From assembly GCA_043779265.1 (NCBI GenBank), contig JAYWEM010000159.1, forward strand, positions 1 to 58,653: DNA of 58,653 nt. The letters are read 5' to 3'. Positions 20,625 through 30,960 of this stretch are shown one piece after another. Under the pieces are notes generated by a model. That model did not search any database, was not told where the DNA came from, and saw only the letters and a list, made by a program, of their open reading frames with translations. Every line of letters starts with the position of its first letter. The first letter of the stretch is position 1. This DNA comes from a bacterium (lineage in GTDB: Bacteria > Eisenbacteria > RBG-16-71-46). Made by a program: the position numbers and the translations under genes.

Positions 20625-22447
20625 TCGCGCGTGCCTGCGGCGCTGCTGCACTGTTGTTCCTGCTTCCCGGATGGGCCGAAGCGGCGCCGACGAAGCCACC
20701 GCGATGGCTCGGCGCCGACTCGCTCGCGGCGCGCGCACTCGTCCGCCAGCTCGCCGATCCCGCCTTCGAGGGCCGTGGCATCGGCACCGCTGGGATCGAT
20801 CGCGCCGCCGAGGCGATCGCAGAACGTTTCAAGCGGGCAGGACTCCGCCCCGGCGGTGAGGGCGGCACGTGGTATCAGCCCGTCGAGGTCACGACCGGCG
20901 TCCAGGTGCGCCAGCCGACCTTCGTCGAGGTGAAGGACGCCCGCTGGGAAGCGGGAGCCTCGATGCAACCGGTCGGCTTCTCGACCAACGGCACTGTGAA
21001 ACGTCGCGTCATCTTCGTCGGACACGGCGTCACGGCGCCGGGATTCGAGTGGGACGATTACGCTGGCGTCGATGTGCACGATGCGCTCGTGCTGGTGATC
21101 GCCCAGGAGCCGGGGGAGATGGAGCCGACGAGCCGGTTCGATGGCACGTTCAATACGGCGCACGCCGAACTGCGCACCAAGGCGATCAATGCGCGCGAAC
21201 ACGGCGCGCTCGGGATGCTCGTGGTGCACGGTCCGAAGTGGCACTCAGGCGAGCCGCTGAGGGCCCCGGCCCGTGACGGCAGCGGCTACATGACGAGCGG
21301 TCTGCTGGCCGCCTCTATCTCGGAGGAAGTGGCCGACGCGCTCATGCGTGGCGCAGGCACGACGCTCGCCGAGGCGCAGGAGATGATCGAGTCGCAGAAG
21401 CGCCCCCACTCGTTGGTGCTGCCGGATTCCGCGACGCTCACCGTCGCACTCGAACGGACGAGGGCGACGACCAACAATGTGATCGGTCTGCTGCCCGGGT
21501 CCGACACGACGCGCACGCTGGTTCTCGGGGCGCACTACGATCACCTCGGCTTCGGCGGCAGTTCGTCGCTGTCGCCCGACTCGCACGAGCCTCACGTGGG
21601 AGCGGACGACAATGCGTCGGGCACGACCGCCCTGGTGCTGGCTGCCGAACGCATGGCCGCGAGGAAGGGCAAGCCCCGCGCAGCGACGATCGCCTTCGCG
21701 GCGTTCACCGCCGAGGAGATCGGCCTCGTGGGCTCGTCGCGATTCGCGGACGATCCACCGCGGCCCTTCGCGACGATCGAGGCGATGATCAACATGGACA
21801 TGGTGGGACGACTGCGCGAGGACAAGCTGTCGGTGATGGGCCTCGGCACGTCACCCGCATGGCGAGGCATGCTCGAGGGATCGAATCGCGCGCTCGCGAG
21901 CGGTGGCTTCACGCTGCGGACGAGCGACGACGGCTACGGGCCGTCCGATCACAGTTCCTTCTACAAGAAGAATCTCCCCGTGCTGATGCTCTTCACCGGC
22001 GCACACGAGGACTACCATCGGCCGACGGACACGTGGGAGAAGGTGCACGCGGCCGGCGTCGCGCGGATCTCGCGGCTCGCCGAGGCCCTGCTCGACTCGC
22101 TCGCCGCCCGGCCTCGCATCGCCTTCACCAAGGCGAAGGCCGACACGGCGAGCATGGGGCGGATCGCCGGTGGCGGCGGCTACGGCTCCTATCTGGGCAC
22201 CATCCCGGACTACATGCAGACTGAGGGCGGCGTTCTGCTCTCGGGCGTTCGCGCCGGCAGCCCCGCCGATCAAGGCGGCCTGCGCGGGGGCGACACGCTC
22301 GTCGGATTCGACGGGATCCGAGTGGACAACATCTACGACTACACGTTCGCGCTCCGCTCCCGAAAGCCCGGGCAGTCGGTGCGTGTGAACATCAAGCGGG
22401 GAGGCGAGTCGCTCGAACTCGCCGTCACCCTGGGGAGAAGACCGTGA
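20621..22447 (+). CDS. Exported M28 family metallopeptidase with PA and PDZ domains
   Basis: Signal peptide; GAHYDHLG, GADDNASG, AEEIGLVGS, NMDMVGR, SDH and YH; C-terminal YLGTIPD...GSPA PDZ. Confidence 0.9.
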   Translation: MIARACGAAALLFLLPGWAEAAPTKPPRWLGADSLAARALVRQLADPAFEGRGIGTAGIDRAAEAIAERFKRAGLRPGGEGGTWYQPVEVTTGVQVRQPTFVEVKDARWEAGASMQPVGFSTNGTVKRRVIFVGHGVTAPGFEWDDYAGVDVHDALVLVIAQEPGEMEPTSRFDGTFNTAHAELRTKAINAREHGALGMLVVHGPKWHSGEPLRAPARDGSGYMTSGLLAASISEEVADALMRGAGTTLAEAQEMIESQKRPHSLVLPDSATLTVALERTRATTNNVIGLLPGSDTTRTLVLGAHYDHLGFGGSSSLSPDSHEPHVGADDNASGTTALVLAAERMAARKGKPRAATIAFAAFTAEEIGLVGSSRFADDPPRPFATIEAMINMDMVGRLREDKLSVMGLGTSPAWRGMLEGSNRALASGGFTLRTSDDGYGPSDHSSFYKKNLPVLMLFTGAHEDYHRPTDTWEKVHAAGVARISRLAEALLDSLAARPRIAFTKAKADTASMGRIAGGGGYGSYLGTIPDYMQTEGGVLLSGVRAGSPADQGGLRGGDTLVGFDGIRVDNIYDYTFALRSRKPGQSVRVNIKRGGESLELAVTLGRRP

Positions 22448-23529
22448 AGGGACGCACGTTCGGAACGCTCGCGATCGCGATCATCCTCGGCGCCGGAGTC
22501 CTCGGTGGGGCCAAGCGGCCCGCCTCGCCCGTGCCCCCGACGGCGAAGCAGGCGAGCCACCTGATCCGCGAGGGCGAGTCGCACTTCGCCGAGCTGCACC
22601 AACTCACGTTCGGTGGGCAGAACGCCGAGGCCTACTGGAGTCGCGATGGCCGCAGCCTGGTGTTCCAGGCCAGGACCGGTGCCCAGGAGTGCGACCAGCA
22701 GTACGTGATGGATCTTCACACCGGCAAGGTCACGCTCGTCTCGACCGGTGAAGGGCGCACCACCTGTGGCTATTTCATCGATGGGGATCGCCGTGTCGTG
22801 TTCGCCTCGACCCACGAAGCAGGCGCGGCGTGTCCTCCCGAGCCCGATCGCTCCCAGGGCTATGTCTGGCCGGTCTACCCGAGCTATGACATCTACACGG
22901 CCAAGCGCGACGGCAGAGACCTGCGCAAACTGGTGGATCACCCGGGCTACGATGCCGAGGCGACTGTGTCGCGCGACGGACAGTGGGTGCTGTTCACCAG
23001 CGCCCGCGACGGCGACATCGATCTGTATCGCATGCGCACCGATGGCTCGCAGTTGAAGCGCCTGACGACCGGCATCGGCTACGACGGTGGCGCCTTCTTC
23101 TCGCACGACGGCGCGAAGATCGTGTGGCGCACGCACCGCACCGACGACAGCACGGCCAATGCCACGTTCCAGCGTCTTCTGGCTCAGGGCCTGGTGCGAC
23201 CCTCCCAGATGGACATCTGGGTGGCCGACGCCGACGGAGGCAATGCGCGCCAGATCACGTTCAAGACGGGCGCGAGCTTCGCGCCCTACTTCACGCCCGA
23301 TGACCAGTCGATCCTCTACTCGTCGAACTGGCAGAATCCGCGCGGCCGCAACTTCGACCTGTTCCTCGTGCCGGTGGCGGGCGGAGAGCCGACGCGGGTG
23401 ACGTTCGATCCGGACTTCGACGGGTTCCCGATGTTCAGCCCGGATGGTCGCTGGTTGGTGTTCGGCTCGAACCGCGGGGGGAGCGTCGGCGGCGAGACGA
23501 ACCTGTTCCTCGCGAGGTGGAAGCCCTGA
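22444..23529 (+). CDS. Exported TolB-like/PD40 beta-propeller protein
   Basis: Signal peptide and repeated PD40-type units (AYWSRDG, FFSHDG, PYFTPD, PMFSPDG). GTGA-coupled to the peptidase. Confidence 0.85.
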   Translation: MKGRTFGTLAIAIILGAGVLGGAKRPASPVPPTAKQASHLIREGESHFAELHQLTFGGQNAEAYWSRDGRSLVFQARTGAQECDQQYVMDLHTGKVTLVSTGEGRTTCGYFIDGDRRVVFASTHEAGAACPPEPDRSQGYVWPVYPSYDIYTAKRDGRDLRKLVDHPGYDAEATVSRDGQWVLFTSARDGDIDLYRMRTDGSQLKRLTTGIGYDGGAFFSHDGAKIVWRTHRTDDSTANATFQRLLAQGLVRPSQMDIWVADADGGNARQITFKTGASFAPYFTPDDQSILYSSNWQNPRGRNFDLFLVPVAGGEPTRVTFDPDFDGFPMFSPDGRWLVFGSNRGGSVGGETNLFLARWKP

Positions 23530-23658
23530 GCGAGAGGGCACGGCGGGCGCGCCGCGTGGCGTGTTCTCGACGCGCCCGGGAAGCGCTCACCTCCGCCTCG
23601 GAATGAGCCGATATCGGGAGTAGCCCGGCTCGACGCCGAGCAGGAGGGACTCCCGATC

Positions 23659-25245
23659 ATGGGCAAGCTCGTCCGATTCGATGATGCCGCCCGTCACGCG
23701 CTGTGGCGTGGCGTGGACCAACTCGCGAGCGCGGTGCGCGTGACGCTGGGTCCTCGCGGCCGCAGCGTCGTGCTCGGACGACGTGCGGGCGTGCCCACGA
23801 TCACGCGTGACGGGATCGCGGTTGCGACCGAGGTCGAGCTGGCCGACCCCTTCGAGAACCTCGGTGTGCAGATGCTGCGCGAGGCGGCGCTTCGAACTGG
23901 CCAGCAGGCGGGCGACGGCACCACGACGAGCACGGTGCTCGCGCACCGCATCATCGGCGAGGGCATGATGGCCTTGGCACGCGGCGAGCGCCCGCCGGTC
24001 GTGCAGCGAGGCCTCGAGCGTGCCTTCGCCTCGTTCAATCGCCATCTCGCCGAGCGCGCGAGGCCGGTGCGCGAGCGCCGCGAGCTGTTGCGCGTCGCTG
24101 TGCTCGCCGCGGGCGATCACGCGCTGGGCGAACGAGTGGCCGAGGCCTTCGAGCGCGTCGGGCACCATGGCGTCCTGACGGTGGAGGACGGCCATCGCCC
24201 GGAGACCGTGCTCGAGGTCGTGGAGGGCGTGCGGTTCGAGGGAGGCTATGCCTCGCCCTACTTCGTGACCGATGCGGAGGAGATGGAGTGTTCGCTCGAT
24301 CACCCGCTCGTGTTGCTGGCCGACGCGAGGCTGAGCTCGGCGCGCGAGATCGTTCCGGCCCTCGAGCTGGCGGCGCGCCAATCGAGGCCGCTCGTGGTGA
24401 TCGCCGAGTCGGTCGACGGGGAGGCGCTCGCCGCACTGGTCGTGAACCGCCTTCGCGGACGTGCGGCATCGGTCGCCGTCCAGATGAGCGGCACGCCCTC
24501 GAGGCGGCGTGAGTGCCTGGATGATCTGGCGCTATTGACGGGCGGCTCGCTGATCGCGGCCGACCTCGGCCGCGACGCGTCGCGGCTCCAGAGCGAATGG
24601 CTCGGCCGCGCGCGGCACATCACGGTCGGAACCGAGCACGCGACACTGCGTCAGGGAGGCGGGCGCAGTCAGGAACTCGCGGCCGCGGTCGACGCGACGC
24701 GGCACATGCTGGAGTCGGCGCGAAGTGAACCCGAGCGCGAGGCGCTGCGTGCGAGACTCGGTCGACTGGCGGGTGGCATCGCCGTGCTCGAGGCGGGGGC
24801 GCCGACCGAGGTCGAGCGGCACGCCGTCCGTTCGCGGCTCGAGGACTCGATCTCCGCAACGCGTGCCGCGCTCGAGGAGGGAGTGGTGCCCGGTGGCGGC
24901 ACGACACTGCTGCGTCTGGCCGACGTGATGCGGCACGAGGCCGTGCCCGAACGCGAGCGATCGGGTCGCGAACTGCTTCTACGCGCGCTCGAGGAACCCA
25001 TTCGCACGATCGTCGGCAATGCCGGTGTCGAGGCCGGAACGGTCGTCGCGGAGGTGCGTCGTCGTCCGGTGGGTCAGGGCTTCAATGCGATGACGATGAC
25101 CTACGGCGATCTGCGTGCTGATGGCGTGCTCGACCCGGTCCGCGTCGTGAGGAGCGCTCTCGCCAACGCTGTCAGCGTCGGCGGCCTCGTCCTGTCGACC
25201 GATGCACTCGTGGTGGACGACGGCGACAACCCCAGGGCGGCTTGA
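23659..25245 (+). CDS. groEL: Divergent chaperonin GroEL (Cpn60) paralog
   Basis: TLGPRGR, GDGTTT, YASPYF, EDSISATRAALEEG, GGG and DPVRV. No groES nearby and no GGM tail. Confidence 0.88.
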   Translation: MGKLVRFDDAARHALWRGVDQLASAVRVTLGPRGRSVVLGRRAGVPTITRDGIAVATEVELADPFENLGVQMLREAALRTGQQAGDGTTTSTVLAHRIIGEGMMALARGERPPVVQRGLERAFASFNRHLAERARPVRERRELLRVAVLAAGDHALGERVAEAFERVGHHGVLTVEDGHRPETVLEVVEGVRFEGGYASPYFVTDAEEMECSLDHPLVLLADARLSSAREIVPALELAARQSRPLVVIAESVDGEALAALVVNRLRGRAASVAVQMSGTPSRRRECLDDLALLTGGSLIAADLGRDASRLQSEWLGRARHITVGTEHATLRQGGGRSQELAAAVDATRHMLESARSEPEREALRARLGRLAGGIAVLEAGAPTEVERHAVRSRLEDSISATRAALEEGVVPGGGTTLLRLADVMRHEAVPERERSGRELLLRALEEPIRTIVGNAGVEAGTVVAEVRRRPVGQGFNAMTMTYGDLRADGVLDPVRVVRSALANAVSVGGLVLSTDALVVDDGDNPRAA

Positions 25246-25301
25246 GGCTCAGCTTCAGGCTGTGCCTGTGAGTCGTTGCCCCGCAGTGCGATGCGTGAGT
25301 C

Positions 25302-25715
25302 CTATTTCGGGCCCGTCGGCGCTCCCGGATGCCGAGGCATCTCGCAGGACACCGGCCTCCCGCCGAGCCGGCGGCGGATGGCGGCGATGATCCGGTAGCC
25401 GAGGCCGGCGAAAGGTCGGATCGGCGCGAAGCGAAGCAGCCCAGCCGCCCAGCTCCAATCGGGCAGCCGCGCGCACATGGCGGCGATGGCATCGATGCCG
25501 CCGACCAGCCCGTCCGTCTCCGACCACGCGCGGATCTCGCGCGGCGCGGTCTCATCGCGCGGACCCAGCCGCGCGATGCCCTCGGGCGAGCCGCTCGGCA
25601 CTGCGGTCAGTCGGTGCGCCCGATCCCTCGCGAGTGCCCACGCCACCGAGCGCTGGCAGAAGCCGCAGTCGCCATCGAAGTAGACCGTGAGCGGTCCAGC
25701 GTCGCGTGCGGTCAT
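25302..25715 (-). CDS. DCC-family thiol-disulfide oxidoreductase (DUF393)
   Basis: YFDGDCGFC (DxxCxxC) and C-terminal YRIIAAIR. Confidence 0.85.
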   Translation of the reverse strand: MTARDAGPLTVYFDGDCGFCQRSVAWALARDRAHRLTAVPSGSPEGIARLGPRDETAPREIRAWSETDGLVGGIDAIAAMCARLPDWSWAAGLLRFAPIRPFAGLGYRIIAAIRRRLGGRPVSCEMPRHPGAPTGPK

Positions 25716-26524
25716 GGTCGTCCCAGCGCGCGTGGCATCTCGAATCGGCGCGTCACGATCACGGCGCGGCCATCGCCGAGTGTGACCGGTGCGTCGGCGT
25801 CAAGCGCATCGAGCTTGATCACGGCGAGCATCGCGTGCGCGTCCTCGCTCGATGCGACGCTCGTCACCACGCCGATACGGGCATCCCCGGCTCTCAGCAC
25901 ATCGCCCGGAGCGGGAGCGGTGCCCTGCACCCGTGCATGCACCAGTGCGCGGCGCACGCTCTCGTACGTGACGAGGCGCTGCAGCGCTTCCTGTCCGATG
26001 AAGCAACCCTTGTTCAGGTGCACCTCGCTGCCCAATCCCACTTCGAACGGATTGAACGCCTCGATGATCTCGGAGCCGTGTGCGGCGATGCCGTGCTCGA
26101 TTCGCTCGCGCTCGCTCATGCGAGGCGCGCCGCGCACGAGCGCCGTGCCGTCGCCGGTCGAGACGCGCAGTGGCCCGCGATCATCGAACGAGGCGCCGAC
26201 TGCGTTCGCATCGAGCATGCGGCCCGGTGCCAGTTCGGCCGAGCGGTCCTCGATCACGATGTCCTCGCGGAACACATGCCGATCGACGAACGCGGCCAGC
26301 GCAGGCGCCTCGGCGCAGTCGCGCAGCAACCAGACGGCGGCATCCGGCGCCAGGGCGACCACGGCGCGATGGAGAAGTCGGCCGCGGAAGTCGCAGAAAA
26401 GTGTCGCGCGCGCTTCGCCCGGTGCGAGTCCCTCGAGCGCCTGGCTCGAGATGCGATGGAGCACGGCGATCGTGTCGGCACCGCTCAGTCGCAGCGCGGT
26501 CCCATGCGGGTTCGAGGAGGTCAT
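25712..26524 (-). CDS. ygfZ: YgfZ/GcvT-family folate-binding protein
   Basis: KGCFIGQE signature, LRLSGAD and RIEHG. Confidence 0.85.
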   Translation of the reverse strand: MTSSNPHGTALRLSGADTIAVLHRISSQALEGLAPGEARATLFCDFRGRLLHRAVVALAPDAAVWLLRDCAEAPALAAFVDRHVFREDIVIEDRSAELAPGRMLDANAVGASFDDRGPLRVSTGDGTALVRGAPRMSERERIEHGIAAHGSEIIEAFNPFEVGLGSEVHLNKGCFIGQEALQRLVTYESVRRALVHARVQGTAPAPGDVLRAGDARIGVVTSVASSEDAHAMLAVIKLDALDADAPVTLGDGRAVIVTRRFEMPRALGRP

Positions 26525-26682
26525 GGCCTCAGGGTAGGGGGGGCGAGGTCGCGGGGCCAGCGAGGCGATGGTGCGTCGGGAGATCGCGCCCCGGGATGCT
26601 CGCCGGATGCCCCGCCGCCTCCCTTGCCCTGCCCGCTCACGGCGGCTAGCGTCGCCGATCCACCCGAAGGAAGGAGCCCCCC

Positions 26683-27762
26683 ATGCCCCCGGTCGTCATG
26701 ACCGCCGATGCGCTGGCTGAACTGACGGCGCAGCTGGTCGACATCCCGAGCGTCACCGGCAACGAGCAGGCGATCGCGGATTGGATCGCCAACCGACTGA
26801 GCGCCCGAGGCACGGGCGACGTGCTCCGCAGTGGCCTCTCGGTCGTGTGGCGCGGGCCGCGCCTCGGCAAGCCGCTCGTCGTTCTGGTCGGCCACACCGA
26901 CACCGTGCCGCCGCAGGGCAACGTCGGGGCGCGCCGAGACGGCGATCGGCTGTACGGCATCGGCACGACCGACATGAAGGCGGGTGACGCGGTGATGCTC
27001 GCGCTCGTCGAGTCGCTCGATCCGAGCGCTCTGCGCTTCGATCTCGCGTGCGTGTTCTACGACGCCGAGGAAGGGCCTGCGGCGAACAATGGACTCGGCC
27101 GCGTGCTGGCCGAGATGCCGTGGCTGACCGAGGCGAGTCTGGCGATCGTGCTCGAGCCGACCGACCTGCGCATCGAGATGGGCTGCAATGGCATCGTCAA
27201 CGCCGAGGTCCGTGTGCCGGGAGTGGCGGGTCACGCGGCGCGGCCGTGGACGGGTGACAACGCGGTCGCCAAGGGCGCCGCCTGGCTCGCCGAAATCACC
27301 CAGGTCGGCTGGGAGGAGCGGCAGGTGCAGGGCATCGCCTATCGAGAGACGCTCCAGGTCACGACCGTGAAGGCGGGTGTTGCGCGCAACGTGATCCCGG
27401 CCGAGATGGTGGTGAACCTCAATCACCGATTCACGCCCGACCGCACGAGCGAGGAGGCGATCGCCCGCCTGCGTGCGCGTGTCCCCGAGGGTTTCGAGTT
27501 CCATGTCGTCGACTCGGCGCCGCCCGGGAAGGTCTGCCTGGACCATCCCGATGTCGCCGCGTTCATCCGCCGCTTCGGACTCGAGGTCGCGGGCAAGCAG
27601 GGGTGGACCGATGTCGCGCGCTTCACCAGCTTCGGCGTCCCGGCGTTCAACTACGGCCCCGGCCTCGCCGAGTTGTGCCATCGCACCGACGAGCATCTGC
27701 CGGTCGATAACCTGGCTGTGGTGTTCGGCAACCTCGCCGAGTTCCTGACGAGCGAGGGCTGA
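26683..27762 (+). CDS. dapE: Succinyl-diaminopimelate desuccinylase
   Basis: GHTDTVP, DMKAG, EEG, LEP, GHAARPW, GWTDV and H-x-x-DEH; operon context with dapC and dapD. Confidence 0.9.
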   Translation: MPPVVMTADALAELTAQLVDIPSVTGNEQAIADWIANRLSARGTGDVLRSGLSVVWRGPRLGKPLVVLVGHTDTVPPQGNVGARRDGDRLYGIGTTDMKAGDAVMLALVESLDPSALRFDLACVFYDAEEGPAANNGLGRVLAEMPWLTEASLAIVLEPTDLRIEMGCNGIVNAEVRVPGVAGHAARPWTGDNAVAKGAAWLAEITQVGWEERQVQGIAYRETLQVTTVKAGVARNVIPAEMVVNLNHRFTPDRTSEEAIARLRARVPEGFEFHVVDSAPPGKVCLDHPDVAAFIRRFGLEVAGKQGWTDVARFTSFGVPAFNYGPGLAELCHRTDEHLPVDNLAVVFGNLAEFLTSEG

Positions 27763-28944
27763 GTGGACGCCTCCTCGGCTCCACGCGCCAAGGCCGGCCC
27801 GATCCATCCGCTGCTGCGCTCGAGCGCGGAGTACCCGTTCGTGAAGCTGCAGAATCGCCGCGTCGCACTCGCGCCGGCGGGGCTGCCGATCATCGACTTC
27901 GGCATGGGTGATCCGCGCGGCGAGACGCCCGCGTTCATCCGGGACACGTTGCGCGCCTCGTTGCCCGCGGTCTCGAGCTACCCGGCCACCGTCGGCAAGC
28001 CCGAACTGCGTGAGGCGTGCGCCCGTTGGGTGCAGCGTCGATTCGGCGTCAGCGTCGATCCCGATCGCCATGTGCTCCCGGCCAACGGCACCAAGGAGGC
28101 CGTGTTCCTGCTGGCGTTCGCGGCGAGCGACCCGGCTGGTGGCCGCGACACGGTGGTCATCCCCAGTCCCGCGTATCCGGTGTACGAGAGTGGCGCGCGC
28201 TATGCGGGCTGCACGCCCCATCTGGTGCCGCTGCGGAGCGAGGACGGCTGGCGCTTCGATCCGGCGCGCGTTCCCGCTGAGGTGTGGTCGCGCACCGCGC
28301 TGCTGTGGTTGAACTCGCCGCACAATCCGACCGGGGCCGTGACCTCCCGCGAGGAGGGCGCTCGCATCGCCTCGTTCGCGCGTGAGCATGGCTTCTGGGT
28401 CGTGAGCGACGAGGCCTACTCCGACCTGTGGTACGAGAGCGGCCCGCCTCCGAGCCTGCTCGAACATGGGCTCGACAACGTGGTCGCGATGTTCACGCTG
28501 TCCAAGCGCAGCGCGATGACCGGCTATCGCAGCGGCTTCATGGTGGGCGACGAGCGCTTGATCGATGCGCTGCGCCGCTTCCGCCCGAACGCCGGCGTGG
28601 CGACGCCCGACTTCGTGCAGGACGCCGCCATCGCCGCCTGGAACGACGATGCCCACACCGCCGAACAGCGCCGCGGCTACGGCGAGAAGCGCGAGTTGTT
28701 CCGCGAACTGTTCGCCCGGCGCGGCTGGCGCGTGGAGGCGAGCGAGGCCACGTTCTACCTGTGGATGGCGGCCCCGAACGGAGACGATGTCGCGTTCGTC
28801 GAGTCGCTGCTGCGGCTCGGCATCGTGACGACGCCCGGTTCCTACCTGGGTGCCGGGGGCGAGGGATTCGTGCGCTGGGCACTGGTGCCCACGACCGAGC
28901 AGTGCCGTGCGGCGATCGCGCGCATCGAGGAGGCGGGCCTGTGA
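27763..28944 (+). CDS. dapC: Succinyl-diaminopimelate aminotransferase (class I/II PLP enzyme)
   Basis: [21 protein letters not shown] and [14 protein letters not shown]; lies between dapE and dapD. Confidence 0.87.
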   Translation: MDASSAPRAKAGPIHPLLRSSAEYPFVKLQNRRVALAPAGLPIIDFGMGDPRGETPAFIRDTLRASLPAVSSYPATVGKPELREACARWVQRRFGVSVDPDRHVLPANGTKEAVFLLAFAASDPAGGRDTVVIPSPAYPVYESGARYAGCTPHLVPLRSEDGWRFDPARVPAEVWSRTALLWLNSPHNPTGAVTSREEGARIASFAREHGFWVVSDEAYSDLWYESGPPPSLLEHGLDNVVAMFTLSKRSAMTGYRSGFMVGDERLIDALRRFRPNAGVATPDFVQDAAIAAWNDDAHTAEQRRGYGEKRELFRELFARRGWRVEASEATFYLWMAAPNGDDVAFVESLLRLGIVTTPGSYLGAGGEGFVRWALVPTTEQCRAAIARIEEAGL

Positions 28945-29789
28945 GCATCGTGAACGAGTACCCCGTGACGAGGTGGAGCGAGACCATCGACAAGGGCTGG
29001 TCCGGCGCGTTGCCGCTCGAGGACGCCTCACTGCGAGGCGCCGTCGAAGGCGCGCTCGCCGCGCTCGACGCCGGACATCTGCGCGTCGCGACGCCGCCCG
29101 AGAAGTCGGGCGGCAGTTGGACCACGCATGCCTGGCTCAAGCAGGCGATTCTGCTCTACTTCCGCATGCGCGTGAGCGAGCCCGTGCACGCGGGCGATCT
29201 CGAGTTCTTCGACAAGGTGCCCATGAAGCGCGGGCTCGAGGCGAGCGGTGTGCGCGTGGTGCCGCCCGGCGTGGCGCGCTACGGCAGCCATCTCGAGAAG
29301 GGCTGCATCCTGATGCCGGGCTACGTGAACATCGGCGCGTATGTCGGCGAGGGCACCATGGTGGACACGTGGGCCACGGTCGGCAGCTGCGCCCAGATCG
29401 GCAAGCGCGTGCACCTCTCGGGCGGTGTCGGCATCGGCGGCGTGCTCGAGCCGCCGCAGGCCTCTCCCGTGATCATCGAGGACGATGCCTTCATCGGCTC
29501 GCGCTGCGTCGTGGTCGAGGGGGTGCATGTCGGTGAGGGCGCCGTGCTCGGCGCGGGCGTCGTGCTCACGTCTTCCACGGTCATCCTCGATGTGCGCGGC
29601 AGCGCACCTGTCGAATCGCGCGGCGCGGTGCCGCCGCGCGCGGTCGTCATCCCGGGCACCCGGCCCAAGCGATTCCCGGCCGGCGAGTTCGGTGTGCCCT
29701 GCGCGCTCATCATCGGTGAGCGCAGTGCATCGACCGATCGCAAGACGACGCTCAACGAGGCCCTGAGGGAGTTCGGCGTCGCGGTGTGA
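28941..29789 (+). CDS. dapD: Tetrahydrodipicolinate N-succinyltransferase
   Basis: [40 protein letters not shown] and GGVLEP. Confidence 0.96.
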   Translation: MSIVNEYPVTRWSETIDKGWSGALPLEDASLRGAVEGALAALDAGHLRVATPPEKSGGSWTTHAWLKQAILLYFRMRVSEPVHAGDLEFFDKVPMKRGLEASGVRVVPPGVARYGSHLEKGCILMPGYVNIGAYVGEGTMVDTWATVGSCAQIGKRVHLSGGVGIGGVLEPPQASPVIIEDDAFIGSRCVVVEGVHVGEGAVLGAGVVLTSSTVILDVRGSAPVESRGAVPPRAVVIPGTRPKRFPAGEFGVPCALIIGERSASTDRKTTLNEALREFGVAV

Positions 29790-29794
29790 GACGG

Positions 29795-29824
29795 ATGGGC
29801 CGCTGCGCGCGTCGGGCGGCCCGT
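29795..29824. terminator. Possible hairpin between convergent dapD and DUF1028 genes
   Basis: ATGGGCCGC ... GCGGCCCGT, 9-bp stem with one G-U pair. No U-tract. Confidence 0.35.
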
Positions 29825-29829
29825 GACGA

Positions 29830-30915
29830 TCAGCGCCCGCCAGCCTCGAATCGCGCGAGCTGGGCCTTGAGGTAGGGATTGGCCGGATCGAGCGTGAACG
29901 CTCGCCGCCCGACTTCGATCGCCCGCTTCGCATTCCCCATCCGGAAATGCACCTCGGCCAGCGTGTCGAGGATGTCGGTGCTCTTGGGCTCGATCGCCGA
30001 GGCGCGCTCGGCCGCCTTCAGCGCATCGGCGAGGTGGATGTCGTTCACTGCGCACGACCATGCCAATCCATTGAGCAGACCAGCGTCACGATCGCCGCGC
30101 TCGAGCACGTCGACCAGCGTCTCGTGCACGCGGCTGCGCTCGAGCTTCGCCAGGTCGGCGCGGCCTGCGGCGTCGAATTCAGCGGCCATCGCCAGGTGCG
30201 CGCCGGTGCCATGGAAGCCCTGATGGATGCGCCACAGCCGGCGCAGCTCGGCGATCGGCGTGCGATGGTCCTCGACGCGCAGGTCGACATAGCGCTCGCG
30301 GTACTCGGGGCGGCGCTCGCTCGGGCGCACCACGAGCAGGGCGGCCGATTGCTGGCCGCGCTTGTCGCCGCCGGCGGCTTGCGCCGCTTCGAGCGCGGTG
30401 ATCAATCGGCCGCCCAAGTCGCCTCGGCTCTCGCGGAACGCCTTGGCCATCGCGGTCACCACCTCGGGGCCGGTGAGGATGTTGCCCTGACAGACGAAGT
30501 GCACGCCTGATTCGCCGCCTGCCCACGAGTTGCACTTGGCGCCGGTCCAGGTCGCCGCGCGTCCTTTGGCATCCACGAGCGCGAACTGCCGCGTGTCCCA
30601 CGACGAGTCATTCGCGGCGAACGCACGCAGGACCTCGTCGGGTGATGCGCCGCTCTCCAGCATCGCCAGCGCGCGCGGTCCGTAGCTCGCCTGCACGTTG
30701 GCCTGGGTCGCCACGGCGCCAACGCCGGCGCGCGCCCACGGCACGACGAGCCCGACGCTGAAGTACTTGGACTCGACCGCGACGCCGAGCTCCTGCGTCA
30801 GGCTGTCATAGGCGACGATCGAGAACGTGGCGGGTTGGTGGCTGGCGCGAGCGGGGGAGGCGAGCGACGCGGTGAGACCCACGTACATCAGCAGCGCGAG
30901 TGACAGGCGGATCAT
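29830..30915 (-). CDS. Exported DUF1028 (Ntn-hydrolase-like) protein with C-terminal TPR
   Basis: Signal peptide, then TFSIVA, GAVATQ, QGNIL, AGGDKRG, SAAL and DLRVEDH; TPR segment LNGLAW...LDTLAEV. Confidence 0.85.
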   Translation of the reverse strand: MIRLSLALLMYVGLTASLASPARASHQPATFSIVAYDSLTQELGVAVESKYFSVGLVVPWARAGVGAVATQANVQASYGPRALAMLESGASPDEVLRAFAANDSSWDTRQFALVDAKGRAATWTGAKCNSWAGGESGVHFVCQGNILTGPEVVTAMAKAFRESRGDLGGRLITALEAAQAAGGDKRGQQSAALLVVRPSERRPEYRERYVDLRVEDHRTPIAELRRLWRIHQGFHGTGAHLAMAAEFDAAGRADLAKLERSRVHETLVDVLERGDRDAGLLNGLAWSCAVNDIHLADALKAAERASAIEPKSTDILDTLAEVHFRMGNAKRAIEVGRRAFTLDPANPYLKAQLARFEAGGR

Positions 30916-30960
30916 GACGACCTCCTCGAGTGGAGCGGGCAGTCTACTCCCCGAACCCGG

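Noticed and set aside
23530..23658. groES or a CIRCE element upstream of groEL
   Set aside because: The gap is only 129 bp and has no TTAGCACTC-N9-GAGTGCTAA.
26525..26682. Lysine riboswitch upstream of dapE
   Set aside because: The 158-bp region is shared with the ygfZ promoter and shows no L-box features or terminator.
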